A DNA stretch of 64,000 nt from Trichoplax sp. H2 (Eukaryota): NCBI GenBank assembly GCA_003344405.1, contig NOWV01000199.1, positions 1 to 64,000 on the forward strand. Direction: 5' to 3'. How positions within the stretch are numbered: position 1 is the stretch's first letter; each line of letters opens with the position of its first letter. The position numbers and the translations under genes are program-made. Shown piece after piece: positions 50,313 through 64,000 of the stretch. Below the pieces are notes generated by a model. It ran no database searches. It worked only from the letters and a program-made list of their open reading frames with translations, and was not told the DNA's origin.

Positions 50313-50649
50313 GTCTACCTGCAATTGCTTATAATGAAAATGATACAGTGTACAAAATGATACTCTCGCATACACTCCAAACTATCACAAAACCGTCAAT
50401 AATAAAAATTCTAGTCTAGATACCATACCGTATTACCTAGAATGCACAGTACCCTATTATTTCTATAGAGTTTAACTGGCGGTAAAATAGAGTCAACAGT
50501 TGAGCCCGGAAAGCGAGCTCATTGATTGTTGGATGGCTTAGTATGAGACTATACTGTCTCATCCAATACCTTGAAATCTATAGTAATAGTATTTAAAAAA
50601 TCAGCCTTGAAAGGGTGACATAATTGTCACTTCTTACTCTGGCAAGGAA

Positions 50650-53600
50650 ATGGCAGACGAGAGCATCGATTCCAGCTCGAGTAGCAACTGTTTACAGTTT
50701 GCTAAGGAAATTAGCAATCATGCTGCTTTCACCGAGTTATCCCCACCAAGTAGAGATAGTCAGGAAGCTATTTTACAGAATAAGAAACTTGTTACAGCCT
50801 ACGATTGCCAAGTTTTCATTTGGAATGAAGAGAAGAAAAATATCGTCCATGTTGTCAACACCAAAGCTATCTTTTATAACAGTGGAAAGAGTCATCATTT
50901 TCAGGTAAGATTCTCACTTATTTCATCGCTAGCAATTGAACACGCTTAGCTTTAGCTTTCATAATTGAAATCAATGGATCATGTTGCAGCTGGTTATTAC
51001 TGAATGATTTAAATATGCCTATGGATTGTAGGTACTGAAGTGTACGAAACCAACCCAATTTCAAGTCAATCATATTCAAATCAATAATAATGGAAGTTAT
51101 TTAGCTCTCGTTGGACAAAATGCTATCGATATCATGGAATTGGTCTATAGAAGTGATGCTATAAAGCAACATCAAGAGGATGCTACAATTTGCAGGTAAA
51201 ATTGGCCCGTGATGCGGTGATTTGATTAGGTGCAATCGATTTTGAAAGGCTGCATAAGCCAGTGCAATGCAATCCTGCTAGAGTAGTTCCTCGAACCTTG
51301 GTTACCAACGATACGGTAGGCAGTTGGTAGAGATGGATCGGTTATACTTTCATAATGATCGCATATACGTATAGCTAGACATGATAGAGTTCCTTGCAAC
51401 ATCGGTATGATGTTGTTGCTTTACCTTTGCCTTACTGATCATGCTACATGGAAATGAGAACCGTTTGATCCTCACTGTACCCTACCGACGTGGATTTAAT
51501 TCAAAAAAAATCCTTTACTATACTAGTCTACATGTCTGCTTTGTTTCACCAACATGGCATGCATCGACGTATGTTATATGCATTTCAGTATTTCCTAACC
51601 ATCATCTTATAAGATCAATTTTTCCTTCATCAGGAACTTTCCGTTGGATAGTAGCTACTTTAACAGTCATCCTGAGGTGGAGATCCTCCAGTGTAAGTGG
51701 CATCCAGGAAGTAAATTCGGCTTGCACTTGGTCGTTCTAACATCCCATTCAATGCTCAGGTAACCAAAGTCACACATCCCTAAGGATAATCGTCAATCTG
51801 TATATCGAAAGGATATCAAACGTCATTGTCTTAGCCGATAGTTGCTATCACTTAATTTTAGAATTTACCAATCTCATACCATCTTTGAGTACGGTCGACA
51901 ACTAGTCGGCTACTTCCATTAATACAGTCGTATACTTTCAACTTCGATCACGGTAATCGTTTCTTCCTAGTACACTATCAACTTTGCAGTTAACACAAGC
52001 GTAACTTCTAACCGATACAATTGCTTAACCTTACCATGTTGATACAATATTATAAACTAAATGATGCAATAAATTTTGGATTACAGAGTTTATAATATAT
52101 CGAAACCCGATGTTGCACAAGTTGAATTTACCATCCATGAATCAATTCCTAGAAATAAAAGCGGATACTTCAACGCATTATCTGCTGCTAGCCGTGTCAT
52201 ATCCTTCGATTTTGGCCCACCCATTGATAACGATGTAAGGATGGTCAAATCTGATATATCCTCAAATAATGATCAACAAGGAACCAGTGAAACACACATT
52301 CATCCTATTTATCTTTTACAAGATGATGGCGATATTTATATTGCCGTCGTTAATCTAAAAACTAAATTAAGGTACTGTTAATACGTGATGATAACATTGC
52401 GTTAATAAATTATCCAAGGCAATTTGTTCTTCCATTTACATATCTCATCGTTGGTAAACATGATGTTGTTCATTTACCGTTTATTAGTTACTTTGAAGGG
52501 CCACTGATTATCCGTCCTGCTTCTGATGATAATTATGGTGCTGATGCTTGCTCAATTATTTGCTTGCCTACCAAACCTGCTGTTATTGTCATAGCTACCT
52601 TAAATGGTAGTATCTTTCATGCAATCGTTACTGATTCCGAATCGGATGATGAAGTAAGAGTTTCCACTTTACAGTCGCACTACTGTTCACAATTACTATA
52701 TCGTTACCGAGACTCTGATACCGCATTTTAAAGCATAAATAATGTTTTATGGATTGAATTGAATACGATTTGGAATAGTAATAAAAATTAATTTCGTATT
52801 TGTTGAAAGTTTCCTGCTTCTTTCATTTATTAGGCCTTAGAAAGTACATTTTCAGTTGAACTCTGTGCCTTCGAGTCCGTCAATTTGGATCCGGCGCTAT
52901 TCAAAACTGGCAGTGATGATATGATTGATCTTCCAGATCCCGTTATCTTGCAGGCTGGTCAGTAGCAATGGAGATTATCTATTAGATTATACGATTGGTC
53001 GGGGCTTGTTTGAGCTGGCTTTACTCAGTGATTGTATTACGACTGCTTACGTAATGTAATTTTTTTGTTTATTATATAGATACCCTTCAGAGCAATTGCT
53101 ACTTTTTTTTACATCCATCTGGTGTTCATAGTGTATTGCTACCATGGATTGATAATATTACTGCAATTGCAAGCGATAAAGGTATGTTAGGCTGCAATAA
53201 CTAAGAATATTAACTTTCTATATAAGTAATGTTTGTAGTGCTTTGTTAACTTTGCCAACTATCTTCTTTTCGTGTTGGTATAGTTACACAGTGTCGGGTA
53301 GAATGTCTGATATGCACTAGATCATTTGCCGAAAGTCCAGCGACACCAATGTGGGGTTTAACACAAGTTAACGACTGTAACTTAAGTTATATTGTTGGCT
53401 TAATATCTGGAAGTAATGAATGTGTTGTTGTACCACTAAAATTCGACTATGGAGTTGATGTACCACTACTTGTATCCGAAATGGATGAGTTAGTTTTGAA
53501 CATGATTTACTAATTTGTAAATGACCATCTTCACCAATGAACTATACTTCCTTACTTTACTTTCCCATTTTATGTAGATTGGCGATTAAAAATAAATCTG

Positions 53601-54771
53601 ATGATCAATTAACGACAGAAAACTTGGTAGATGCTATACGGAAAGTTTTAGGAAAGCGCACATCGGTGTCGAAAGTCATGTAAGTGTAAAATACCAAGTT
53701 ACTTTAGTGTTACCTATAATTTGCATTTGTCAGTAAATAATTTGGAAGGTTCCAATGGGAAAGTTCTTTACAAATTTCTTACCTTTGTAATAACTTTTCA
53801 CAACGGTAGCGGCAACGATTCAATGTCTCAGGAACAAATTTTTGAAATCCTTACCAAGACCACGGGGGATTTGCGTAAAAATCATTTAAAAAATTTTCAC
53901 ATTGCATGTGATATAATAGAACACAGGTAAACAACTTTAATTTGCTTGTTAATTTTTCTTTTTCTTATTGTTAAAATTGATTTAAACTTGTAATTACGAG
54001 CGCGATTGGAAGGTAGACTAATTCAATTTCATTCTGAAATACTCCAGGGTACAGAACCTAGCCGATCGCAAAGTACAACAAAATTCACAGTTACTTCTTC
54101 TGAACGTCGATGTTAAGAATATGAAAGCAGAAATATCTCGGTTGAGAGAAAAATACCAGCAGGCGAAGGAGAAACAAGAAGAAATACGCAAAAGGTACTT
54201 CCATGTTTACATTGACTAGTCTCTATTACGGTAATGTTCAGTAACATTATGGTGTAAATTTTTTAATTTACTTATCTAGGACACGTAAAATTTTAGCAAA
54301 TATTCAGTCATTTATTCCAGTTAAAGCGGATGCTGAAGAAGAATTTCACAGCGATATTACTGAAATTGATGCAAATTTGAAAGACTTACGGAAAGGTGTA
54401 GATAATGTGAGTAACAAAGTATTCCTTCATCTTTAGCTGTTGCTGATTGTCCTATCCATGGGCGCTGATGATTACTGCATTTGCTATTACGTTAGGTAAT
54501 TAAGAAATGCCGATATTATGAAGAAAATCAAGCATTTACTAAAGCGGAAACCTCTTCCCTTCCAGAAAGAGATATGGCGGTGATTCATGAGGGACTAAAG
54601 GCTGAGTAAGGACTATCGTATATTGTACAACTGCCTACTTATACTTTCATTTATTGGATGCTGCCAGTCTATAACCACATACTAATAGTTACCTTGATTT
54701 ACAATAGAAATGACGTGATTAAAGACCTGATCCAAAAGGTGAAAGATTTATCCTCTCAAGTTTCGCAATAA
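50650..54771 (+). CDS. NUP88: Nucleoporin NUP88
   Basis: Exons from ATG 50650 to TAA 54771 encode an N-terminal beta-propeller (QCKWHPGS, ISFDFGP, PIYLLQDDGDIY, GPLIIRPASDDNYGADACSIICLPTKPAVIVIAT, FFLHPSGVHSVLLPWI) followed by C-terminal coiled-coil exons. Confidence 0.88.
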
Positions 54772-56358
54772 AGATTCAACCCGAAATATGCTAATAAATT
54801 GTATACAGAGGATTGACATGTAACATACGTAAATTTTATCCGTTAAGTATTTGTACAGTACAATAATATAGTCATTTCACATTGTATGCTGGATGATTTC
54901 AAGGATATAACATAATTTTTCATCAGTTGTTTGGATAAAGTATTACTTCAGTGTTTAGTAAAAATTTTAGTCACTAGCGAGACTTGACAATTTCGGTTAC
55001 TAATTAGTCTTTTCATTTTTTGCCATCGAAGTTTGTAAATAATGTATAATATTGACTGCATTCATGTCTGTCCCTCCCATGTATTAAATGCAGCAGCGAT
55101 ATTTGATGCAATAAAAAAGCTTTCACATAACAAGATATTCTGCACCTAAATTGGTACTGATTAAATTCGAAATATCGCTCGCTGCTAAATGATACCGTAT
55201 GATAGTTTTGCATAAGGTACATTCAAATTCTGATCTTTAACTTTATGATCAATTACAATCCCCTTCTAGCTAGAATCAGTATCATCGGAGAATAATTTAC
55301 TAATTTATGTCACTAAAGTCTTTGTTAATCTATTCCTATTATGTCATGTAATTTCGATGTAGTTACTAAAGATTAATCCAAAAAAAGAATAGTATATACT
55401 ACTCGTTATTTATTTGCAAGAATATACCATCGGGAATTTTATTCTTAAACTAGCTTTTAATCACAATGCATAGGACTTTCTGTCATTCAAGTTTACCATA
55501 AGTAATAGACAAATGGTGATATTAACATAAACAATTGCGCTTCGTATGGATCCGTCTTATTCATATTACTTAAGCTCTATAGAAGAGTTGATTTAGCGTC
55601 TGCTCCAAGATTGATGATTAATTTCATTAATACTCGCATTACTTCGTGCTGATTCATGCCTGCCTAAAACTCCTTATATTACTGACTAGTTTCCGTATTC
55701 CATTAAATTCTTAGAAAAAAATAATCCGAGTTTGATTGACGCACCAGCCAATGTGCAGCTGGTCTATTTTATTCATAATAATTACTTTGATATTGTTTAA
55801 TTTCATGTCATTGAGATTAGAAGCGACTAGTACTATTAATAATTCATACATAAGATTTGAAAATAGGAAAAGCTAGATGACTCTTAAATTAAAATAGCCA
55901 CTAGGGAACTTCAATCATTGAAATATCAAATTAAAGAGTAGTATATAATTGATGCCATTCTTTAAAAATATGTTTTATAAATTAGTGATTAATTCCCGAA
56001 TAAATAATAATATAAAATTTTTTAGAGGCTACACCCTAAGAAATCATTTTTAATAGCAATTTCTTGATCCTATTTGTGATACACATTATATGCAAATAGA
56101 TTTAGACTAGAAAATCTACCAAGCTATTGATATTGAATAAAAATTATCTCCTCTATGTATGCATCATGTAGTAGAAATTTGTGAATTTAATTTTTAAAAT
56201 ATTTAGACATTCTAATTGACTTTAATTACGAGATGTAGCCATAAAAGTTAATCATTTTCGTGTTTTATCTTGATTGATAATAATATCAGTCTGCAGAGAA
56301 GATTGTAGCCACTATGATTCCGACAGTTTACGTTCTCTACGAGTAATCCTATTCTTCT

Positions 56359-59300
56359 TTATCGAAGAACATTGTCACGATCTAAAGATTATCAACGAAT
56401 ACAAAAGTCATTCAATAAAAAGATAGGCTCAAATACATCTTTCCTATACTTATACGATGATATATTGACGGACTGCATAAAATTTATTGAAGATTTACAG
56501 GTTTAAATGAATATGTGAAGGAAATTAATCAGTATTAATTTTAGAACAGATTATAAAAGAGATTTAATAAAAAGACAGGCTCAAATACATCTTTCGTATA
56601 TTCTTACGATGTTATCTTGAATAGATTTGATCAATTTTACTCTGAATTTGGTCAATTAATCACATTAAACTAAGTAAGTATTGCATTCTACTCTAGTACA
56701 TAAGAGTAATTCCGACACTAAATAAGAATTTCATTTCAAAGGTAAACTAGTGTCACTACATTAGATATGTAATCTCTTATCTTACATAGATTAATTACTT
56801 TCACTCTGATTTCGATCAACTAGTCACATTAAACTACATAAGTATTACATTCTACTCTTACGCATATGAGCAATTCCGATATTAAATAAAAATTTCATCT
56901 CAAAACCAAACTCGCGGCACTATAGTAGATATGTCATCTCTTATCTTGAATAAATTGATTGCTTTTACTCAGATTTTGATCAATTAATCACGTTAAACTA
57001 CATAAGTATTGCATTCTAATCTTGCGCATACTAAATAAGAAATTTCATCTCAAAGCCAAATTCACGGCACTATAGCGAATACATCATCTCCTATCTTGAA
57101 TAAATTGATTAATTTTTACTCTGATTTTGGTCATATTCATAGTGTATCACAGATGATAAAATTGCTGATGAGATATATGCGTATATCACTATTACAATAT
57201 TTCGTATCTATCTTTCGACTCGTTTTATACAGTACTCTGATGATCAAAACAATGATAAAATACAGTAGCTTACCTATCAAAGCATCACTAGCATCGCCAA
57301 CTTTGATAGTTTGATTCCTTAACCAGCAAACCCAAAGTCCAATGGAAACGATCGTAATGACTGCTGTAATGGCGATTACAATTAAAGCAATCACGGTAGC
57401 TCGACCAACTTCTATATTTGAATCATATAAGGTAACATATTACGGGAGTTTTTGACAATTAAATGGCGATTTATTTTAGAGAGGATATTCTGGACAAATC
57501 AAATGCTACGTTATATCGCCTACTATCGTAGTGAAAATAGATTTGCAATATTGCGTTTAAAAAAGAATCTACTCTTATTTACCAAGGCAAGTTACTTTGC
57601 AACATGTTCCTTGAACACGTTCATAGCGAGAACAAGGTGGTGGTCCACATGTTATATTGTGACATTGGAGAGCTTTCTGATCGGTACAACGACATGTTGT
57701 ACAAGGCATATGACTATTAGGATGGAAGGTAGCGTTGTTGAGGTAGCCAACTTTGTTATAGCACTTGTCTATTGCAAGTATAATGTAATAGCAATAGATT
57801 AATAACGTCTGCAGAGAAAGGAAACTCTTCTTATAGCTGGCTTGGAAAGCCCTTTTATTCGATATATTTTAAGCATATTACTAATCAATATTGCAGGCAG
57901 TTGCTGTTCAATTAATCATTAGAAAGTTGAATCAATGTTTGTAGAAGAATATTCAGTTATTTCCGTTAATTAACATTATCCTTTTTAACCCTTTTATAGG
58001 CTTATCCACTGTTATTAAACTAAATTTCACGCTATCAAATCAGAAGTAGCATAGAAAATTATTCAGATCGCGATATACGTATATGATATGGAGTACTACA
58101 AAAAGGAAAACTTTCGCTCCCAGTCCCATTGCTGAATGAGTAGGACACGATTAATGAATTGGAAAGCATCAGCTATGAATCGACAATATTTCTTAGGCCT
58201 AATGATGGCCTTCATCTACTGTTGATAGCTGTTATTGCGCGAATAATATAGCGCCTTTCCCGTATACAGAGTAGGACATGATTTATGAATGACAACCAGT
58301 TATAGTTTGATAATTAACCATTTGCATTGAGCTCATATGTAATATCCAATGCCAATCCTATTCTATCCACCAAGAGATATTCAAAATAGCTAAATTGGTC
58401 GAGATGCATCATTCTGTACTTACCCATGCTACAAGTAGACATGCATCGGTCATAGTTTTGAAAGTTATTTCGATTTCCTCCACAGCCGCCATAAATAAAT
58501 TGTTGACAGTTGGACGAATCGAAATTATAATAATAGCGTAGAAATTTCCCTTTACAAGGTCCAGTTGCTGGCATAAAATGGCAATCTAGCGATTCTGTAA
58601 AAAGGATAATAGCAATAGAGTTAGCCAAGCTAGAAATAGATACAACAGTCATAAGTGTGTCTAATTGAAAATTTACGATCCCAATTTTATTCACATACTA
58701 TCGGAAATCAGAAGCAAAATCATTCCTATGATACTTTATATTGTCAATATTGACATGGAAATATGGTACATATTAACAGTGATTATGTTAGAAAGATTAC
58801 TATCAACAACTGAGTAATATTGATATTAATAGCTTTCAATATCAGGATCGATCTTATAAAATGGACCTTTAGTGATCAATGTTGTATTGGCTCCACATGT
58901 ATTCATGCAAGCTTGCGTTGTGGAAAATCGATTTGGATTCCCATCGCAACCACTCCAAGTAAATTTCTGGCATTGACCAACAGTAGAATTATAAAAATAG
59001 CGTGTTAAACGATAGGAACACTGGCCATAGGAGGGATTTAATGTGCAGATGTTGATCTCAGGCGGTGTTGCATACGTTGTTGTCTCTTTAAAAAAAAAGA
59101 GTAACATAAGCATTAATTTTATCATCCTATTTTAAACATTATTACAGTAGAAATCATGTAATTGTATTTGTCAGTCGTTCAAATAAGCTCAAATTAACAC
59201 TTTTATTATTTCTTCTGTACATATAGAAGGTAGCATTAAAATGGATGAAAGGATAATGACATCTTGGCTTCCATTACTTTCTAGGTTAGCTGCTTTCCAA

Positions 59301-62017
59301 AGTCGTATTACATCTCCTTATAACAGGAGAAAAATGGCCATAATGAATTATACTCGCCTATCACTCTTTTCACGGACTTTAATGTAATTGTTTCGCGAAA
59401 ATCGTATTATAACCCATGCCGATGGCCTAGAATAGAGGTAGCAACCTCTTTGCTTATGCTATTTCTACACTAACTGCTTTCTAAAGTCGCATTACAACTC
59501 CTAATTACTATAAGACATTTATAGTAATTCATTTAGCAGTAGAAAAAATGGCTATTATGACTTACACTCATCTCTCTATCACTCTTTTCATCGATTTTAA
59601 CGTAATCACTCTAATAAAGTTGTATTACAACCTGCGTGGATAGTCTAGGAAAGAAATGGCAATCTCTTAGCTCTTGTTATTTCTAGGTTGACTCCTTTCT
59701 AAAGTCGCATTATAACTCCTAATCGCTGTATAACATTTGTACTTAGTCATTCCGCGGAAGAGAAAGATAGCAATAACGAATTACCCTTGTCAATTTATCA
59801 CCCTTTCCACCTATGTTAACGTAGTTGCTTTGCTAAAACCGTATCACAAACTATGTAGATGGTCTAGAAGAAAGGTAATAGCCGCTTTGCCGATGTTATT
59901 TCAATATTATAATTATTTATATGATAACTGTAGAACATTTCCATTTAGTCTTTCCACCGGAGAAAAATAGCAGTCAATATACACTAGTCTGCCTATCAAC
60001 TTTTTTTTATCAATGTTAGCCTTTTATTTTATACTAGATTAAAAACTATTTGGCTAGCAGCCTAAAATAATCTGTTACTTATTCTATAAATTACTTTTCG
60101 TATGCTATGAAGAGAATAGAATTAATCTTCCATTTATACTACTGTAGATTTGAAGCCTATTTCCATTGCAGAGTCAAAAATATTCTGCTACCTATTCCTT
60201 AAATTACTCTATGGATGCATTATAGTAGATTAAAGACTGTTTCCTTAGCAGCCAAAAGCTAGTCCGTGACCTATTGCTTAAACTACTTTACGTATACTAT
60301 GAAATACAGTAAAATTAGCTTTTCATATTATACTCGATTGAAGGCTATTTTTTAATAGCCAAAAGTAGTCTGTTGCCTGTTCCTTAAATTACTTTACGTA
60401 TACTATGGAGAAGATAGAATTAGCCTTTGCTATTATTGTAGATTAAAAGTCTATTTCCTAACAACCAAAAGTAGTCAGCCACCTATTTCTTAAACTACTC
60501 TGCATATGAAATAAAATTAGCCTTTCATATTATATTAAATTGAAGGCTATTTCCTAGCTTCTTAAAATGGTCTGTTACCTATTCTTTAAACTACTTTTCG
60601 TATGCTATGAAGAAAATACATTTGGCCTTTCATTTTATACTACTGTGGATTTGACGACTATTTCTCTAGCAGCTGAAAATAATTTGTCACCCTATTCCTT
60701 AAACTACTTTATCTTCACTATAAAGAAATAGAATTAATCTTAACATTTTTACTAGATTGAAGACTATTTCCCTAGCAATAAAAATAAGAAACCTTTTATA
60801 CTATTTTAGCTCTAAATAAGAGCAGAAATTCATCGAAAGGTTTATGGAGTTATGATATTGCCTAGGCATTCATCACTATAGCCCACTGAATGATAAAATA
60901 TAGTAGAGACGATCTATCTCGTTGCAGGACAATATCATAAAGCAATAACATGACTACATTAGAGAAATATTTGAAAATTATTGTAGACAAGGTGTTAGAA
61001 TATAGAAGAAATCTTCTCTCTTTCATGTAAGAGGAAATAATATAGTAAAAGGTCCGCTGCAACATTCCTGAAAACTACTGTGGGCTCCGAAAAGATAATT
61101 AGGCCTGTCTATCCTCGCGGTGAATATAAATTGTTTAAAAAGATTTTCTCAGAATGATTCTTTGTAGAATTTATTGCAATAAAGAAATAAAATTAGACCA
61201 TACTCATTTTGAAATGATGACAACAATGTCGAATTATCGCCTTAATCGGGCTTTTATCACTTTGTTCAAGTTCATTATTTGCTGATTTTAGCATAGGCAA
61301 ATGACAATTTATTTATTATAGCGGTAGATTTCAATGGAAGAGTGGAATCTAGGTAGAAAATAATATCTGCTGTCTAAGAAGTAAAACCTTGAAGGAAGAA
61401 CTCCCTCCTTGAAATGGATTGCCCATGCATTGATTATTAGCTCTACAACTTTCCACTTGGCAAAAATAAGCTTAATCTAACTCATATCATTGCTATCGAA
61501 TGAGCCTATTTCTCCATCAAGTAATATTGACTTATCACTGATGTAGAGTAGATTTATAATCATGATTAAATTATCGAAATTTTTAAAGGCCACTTTGCTG
61601 TACAATGTCTATTCTACTGGGATAATGGAGACCTTTCCAACTTAGTAGTTCTAAGCCATGCAAAAGTTACGATAGACTATTGACCACAACAACGAGGATA
61701 AGAAAATTCTATCGAGAAATAAATGATAACTCAAGCGGTCTAATTCAATTATCTTTGCGAGACATGGACGATATTAAATGGGTTTCTGCTAATTTAAAAC
61801 GAAGTAGAGGATGACGAACAATTTTTATCCCTTCTATGCTTACTATACAAATAGCTCGGGAAGGGAAACTCATTGGACATCCAGTTGTTTTTTCTTTCTA
61901 CTCTTATTGACCAAGACAAAACAGCAATAATCTCTTACCTTGATTTCCAAGACATCGATAGCCCAGATTGGAAATAAGAAATATAAAAACCAACGCAATT
62001 TTCAATGTATAATTCAT
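56359..62017 (-). CDS. Type I membrane protein: signal peptide - Kunitz - Kunitz - VWC-like - TM - short tail (~271 aa)
   Basis: Exons 62017-61939 (MNYTLKIALVFIFLISNLGYRCLG), 59085-58867 (Kunitz 1), 58594-58424 (Kunitz 2, FIYGGCGGNRNNF), 57768-57583 (CTTCRC...C...C...CC..C), 57411-57274 (TM) and 56381-56359 (DRDNVLR*, least certain). All junctions are phase 1 with GT-AG. Confidence 0.88.
56410..57135. repeat. Diverged intronic tandem array (~155-175 bp units, about 4-5 copies)
   Basis: Recurring aatcacattaaact..taagtatt.cattcta, aatttcat(c/t)tcaaa and atctcttatctt; also aataaaaaga(t/c)aggctcaaatacatcttt twice. Confidence 0.85.
59270..59975. repeat. Diverged intronic tandem array (~190-220 bp, about 3-4 copies)
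   Basis: tttc(c/t)aaagtcg(t/c)atta(c/t)a at ~59295, 59478 and 59696; gagaaaaatgg-like and tatcactctttt-like segments recur. Confidence 0.75.
60030..60780. repeat. Diverged intronic tandem array (~60-125 bp units)
   Basis: cctattccttaaa(t/c)tactt..gtat..tatgaa and tagatt.aag.ctatttcc recur about 6 times. Confidence 0.85.
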
Positions 62018-62559
62018 CCTAGAAGAATATCCGTTGATTGTTTCTTCAGTTGCCACGGCACAATAATCTAATCTCGAGTTGTGATTCTAGCGTAAGACGT
62101 AAACTAGGGTAATGAAAGGAGTGTAAAAATAGGGAAAATGTCTTAAAATTGAGAATAAACTAATAGGAATGGATTAAGTTTGTTAGTCTAGAAAAAGTAG
62201 TAGAAATTTCAATAGAAAGGAACATCAAGACTAATAAATAGTGTTGAAAAAAGACATGTATATAGATGTTAAGTCAGAATTGATCCAATTATAATATTTT
62301 AATGTTGCTATTTTTGGCATATTCTATTTTGTAAATGAGGGAGGGGAAGCTTTAGATTGTGTCTTGCTATTAACATAACGATGGAAAGAAAGGAAAAGTG
62401 TTCAAAAGTATGGATAATATGATCCATGCTTGGAACTATTTGTCAATATCGCCATCATGGCCAATATGATGATTAATGTCAACAATAAACAGACAGCATC
62501 AGCTTGAGGACAATATGGATCAACTGGAATGATTGTCTATCATCTTGATGCATAGATTA

Positions 62560-64000
62560 ATTCACAATTCTAGAGTAGAACAACTGGTTGTTCCCTTCAA
62601 GTAGTCATAACAACATTGGCTTTGAATAATATCCATTTTATTGATTTTAAGAATTTTACTTTTCCACTACCTGCTATCAAGATTGATGGTTGGGATTTAT
62701 GTCAAGTTGTTGTGATGATGCTGGAGGAAAAGATTGATTGGATAATTAATTAGCTTAGTCTCCGTGACTTTAATTTTGTCCGAAAAATAAGCATGCCAAC
62801 AATTATAAACAATAATCTCTATTGATTAGTTTAAAATTCTAGTTTACCTCTACCTGCCATGAAGATTGACAGTGATGATTTTATATCAAGTTGCTTTTAT
62901 GAATCTGTAGGGATAAGGTTTAGAGGATAATGAGTCTAGTCTCTAATACTTTAATTTATTCTCGTAAAATAATTATAAATAGGACAACAATTATAACAAA
63001 TACCCGTGGTATCCATTTCATTGATTCTGAAAATTTTTCTTTTTCTCTATCTATCATAAAGATTGACAGTTATGATTTGCATCAAATAGTTGTTATGATG
63101 CTGTGACATAAGATTCATTCGATAATTATATAATTAAAATGAGCTTAGTACTTCTATTTTTCCCTTGAAGTAATCATGACAACAACTATAACGAATAACA
63201 TTTTATAACAATTATATTTTGTATTATTATATTATATTTTATATTATTTTATAACAATTAATTTATAACAATTTTATTAATCTGAAATTCTACTTTTCCT
63301 CTACGAATCATAAAGATTGATACTATGGTTATGATTTGTATCAAATAATTCTTGTGATGTAGTATCTATTTTGGGGGCGATTTTAAAATTTTAGTTGTCC
63401 TCTGCCTGCCATGATGACTGATAGTTTATGATTTACACAAATAGCAATGGTGCTGCATGATAAAGTTCGTTGAATAATTAGCTTAGTCTCCAATACTTCC
63501 ATTTTCCCTTATAGTATCGATGCCAATAATTATACGGATACTAGTAGTTTCGATTTTGTTGATTTTGAGGATGTTATCTTTCGTACAGCAGACAGGCTAA
63601 TACAGTAGTTATGATTTATATCAAATAGTTGTTATATTGTGGTATCTATTTTGGATTTTGAAATTTAGTTGTCTCCTACCTGCTATAAAGATTAATAAAA
63701 TAATTTATGATTTGCACAAATAGCAGGTATAGTGTTGTACGATAAAGTTCATCCAAGAATTAGTTTAGTCTACAATACTTTCATTTTCCCCTTATAGTAT
63801 AGATAACAACAATTTTAACGGATACCCATAGCTTCTATTTTATTAATTTTAAGAATTTATCTTCCTCAGCCTGTCATGAAGATTGATACAGTAGTTATGA
63901 CTTATATCAAATAGTTGTTATAATTTAGTATCTTTATTTTTGATTTTGAAATTTAGTTGTCCTCCTCCAGCCATGAAGACCGATAGCTATGATCATATCT
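62560..64000. repeat. Diverged tandem array upstream of the Kunitz-VWC gene, continuing past the window edge
   Basis: Recurring ctacctgc.at.aagattga ... gttatgattt..atcaaatagttgttat and attagcttagtctcc..tacttt; the block at ~63330-63600 is repeated at ~63600-63890. Confidence 0.85.

Overview
AT-rich, intron-dense, compact animal genomic DNA. My inference is a placozoan (Trichoplax-like) scaffold, based on composition, short introns and the metazoan gene set; I cannot prove this from the window. I hand-spliced eight complete or near-complete multi-exon genes: RBM22 (+), a multi-EF-hand EFCAB6-like gene (+, with an RFX X-box-like site upstream), MCU (+), MTTP (-), IVD (+), a theta-like GST (+), NUP88 (+) and a signal peptide-Kunitz-Kunitz-VWC-TM protein (-). 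A ninth gene, probably mitochondrial and possibly COX11, runs off the left edge on the minus strand. The most striking non-coding pattern is that almost every gene has its own sequence-unrelated tandem repeat array (units about 60-310 bp) a few hundred bp upstream of the start codon. In the IVD array the copies become more alike toward the gene. Other observations: a 440-bp insertion splitting one array unit, an inverted array copy plus a ~100-bp hairpin, a possible decayed Merlin/ISXO2-type transposase, and a duplicated GST promoter plus exon-1 start on either side of an N-gap. No rRNA, tRNA or CRISPR features were seen. Exon coordinates are read by eye and may be off by a few bases.
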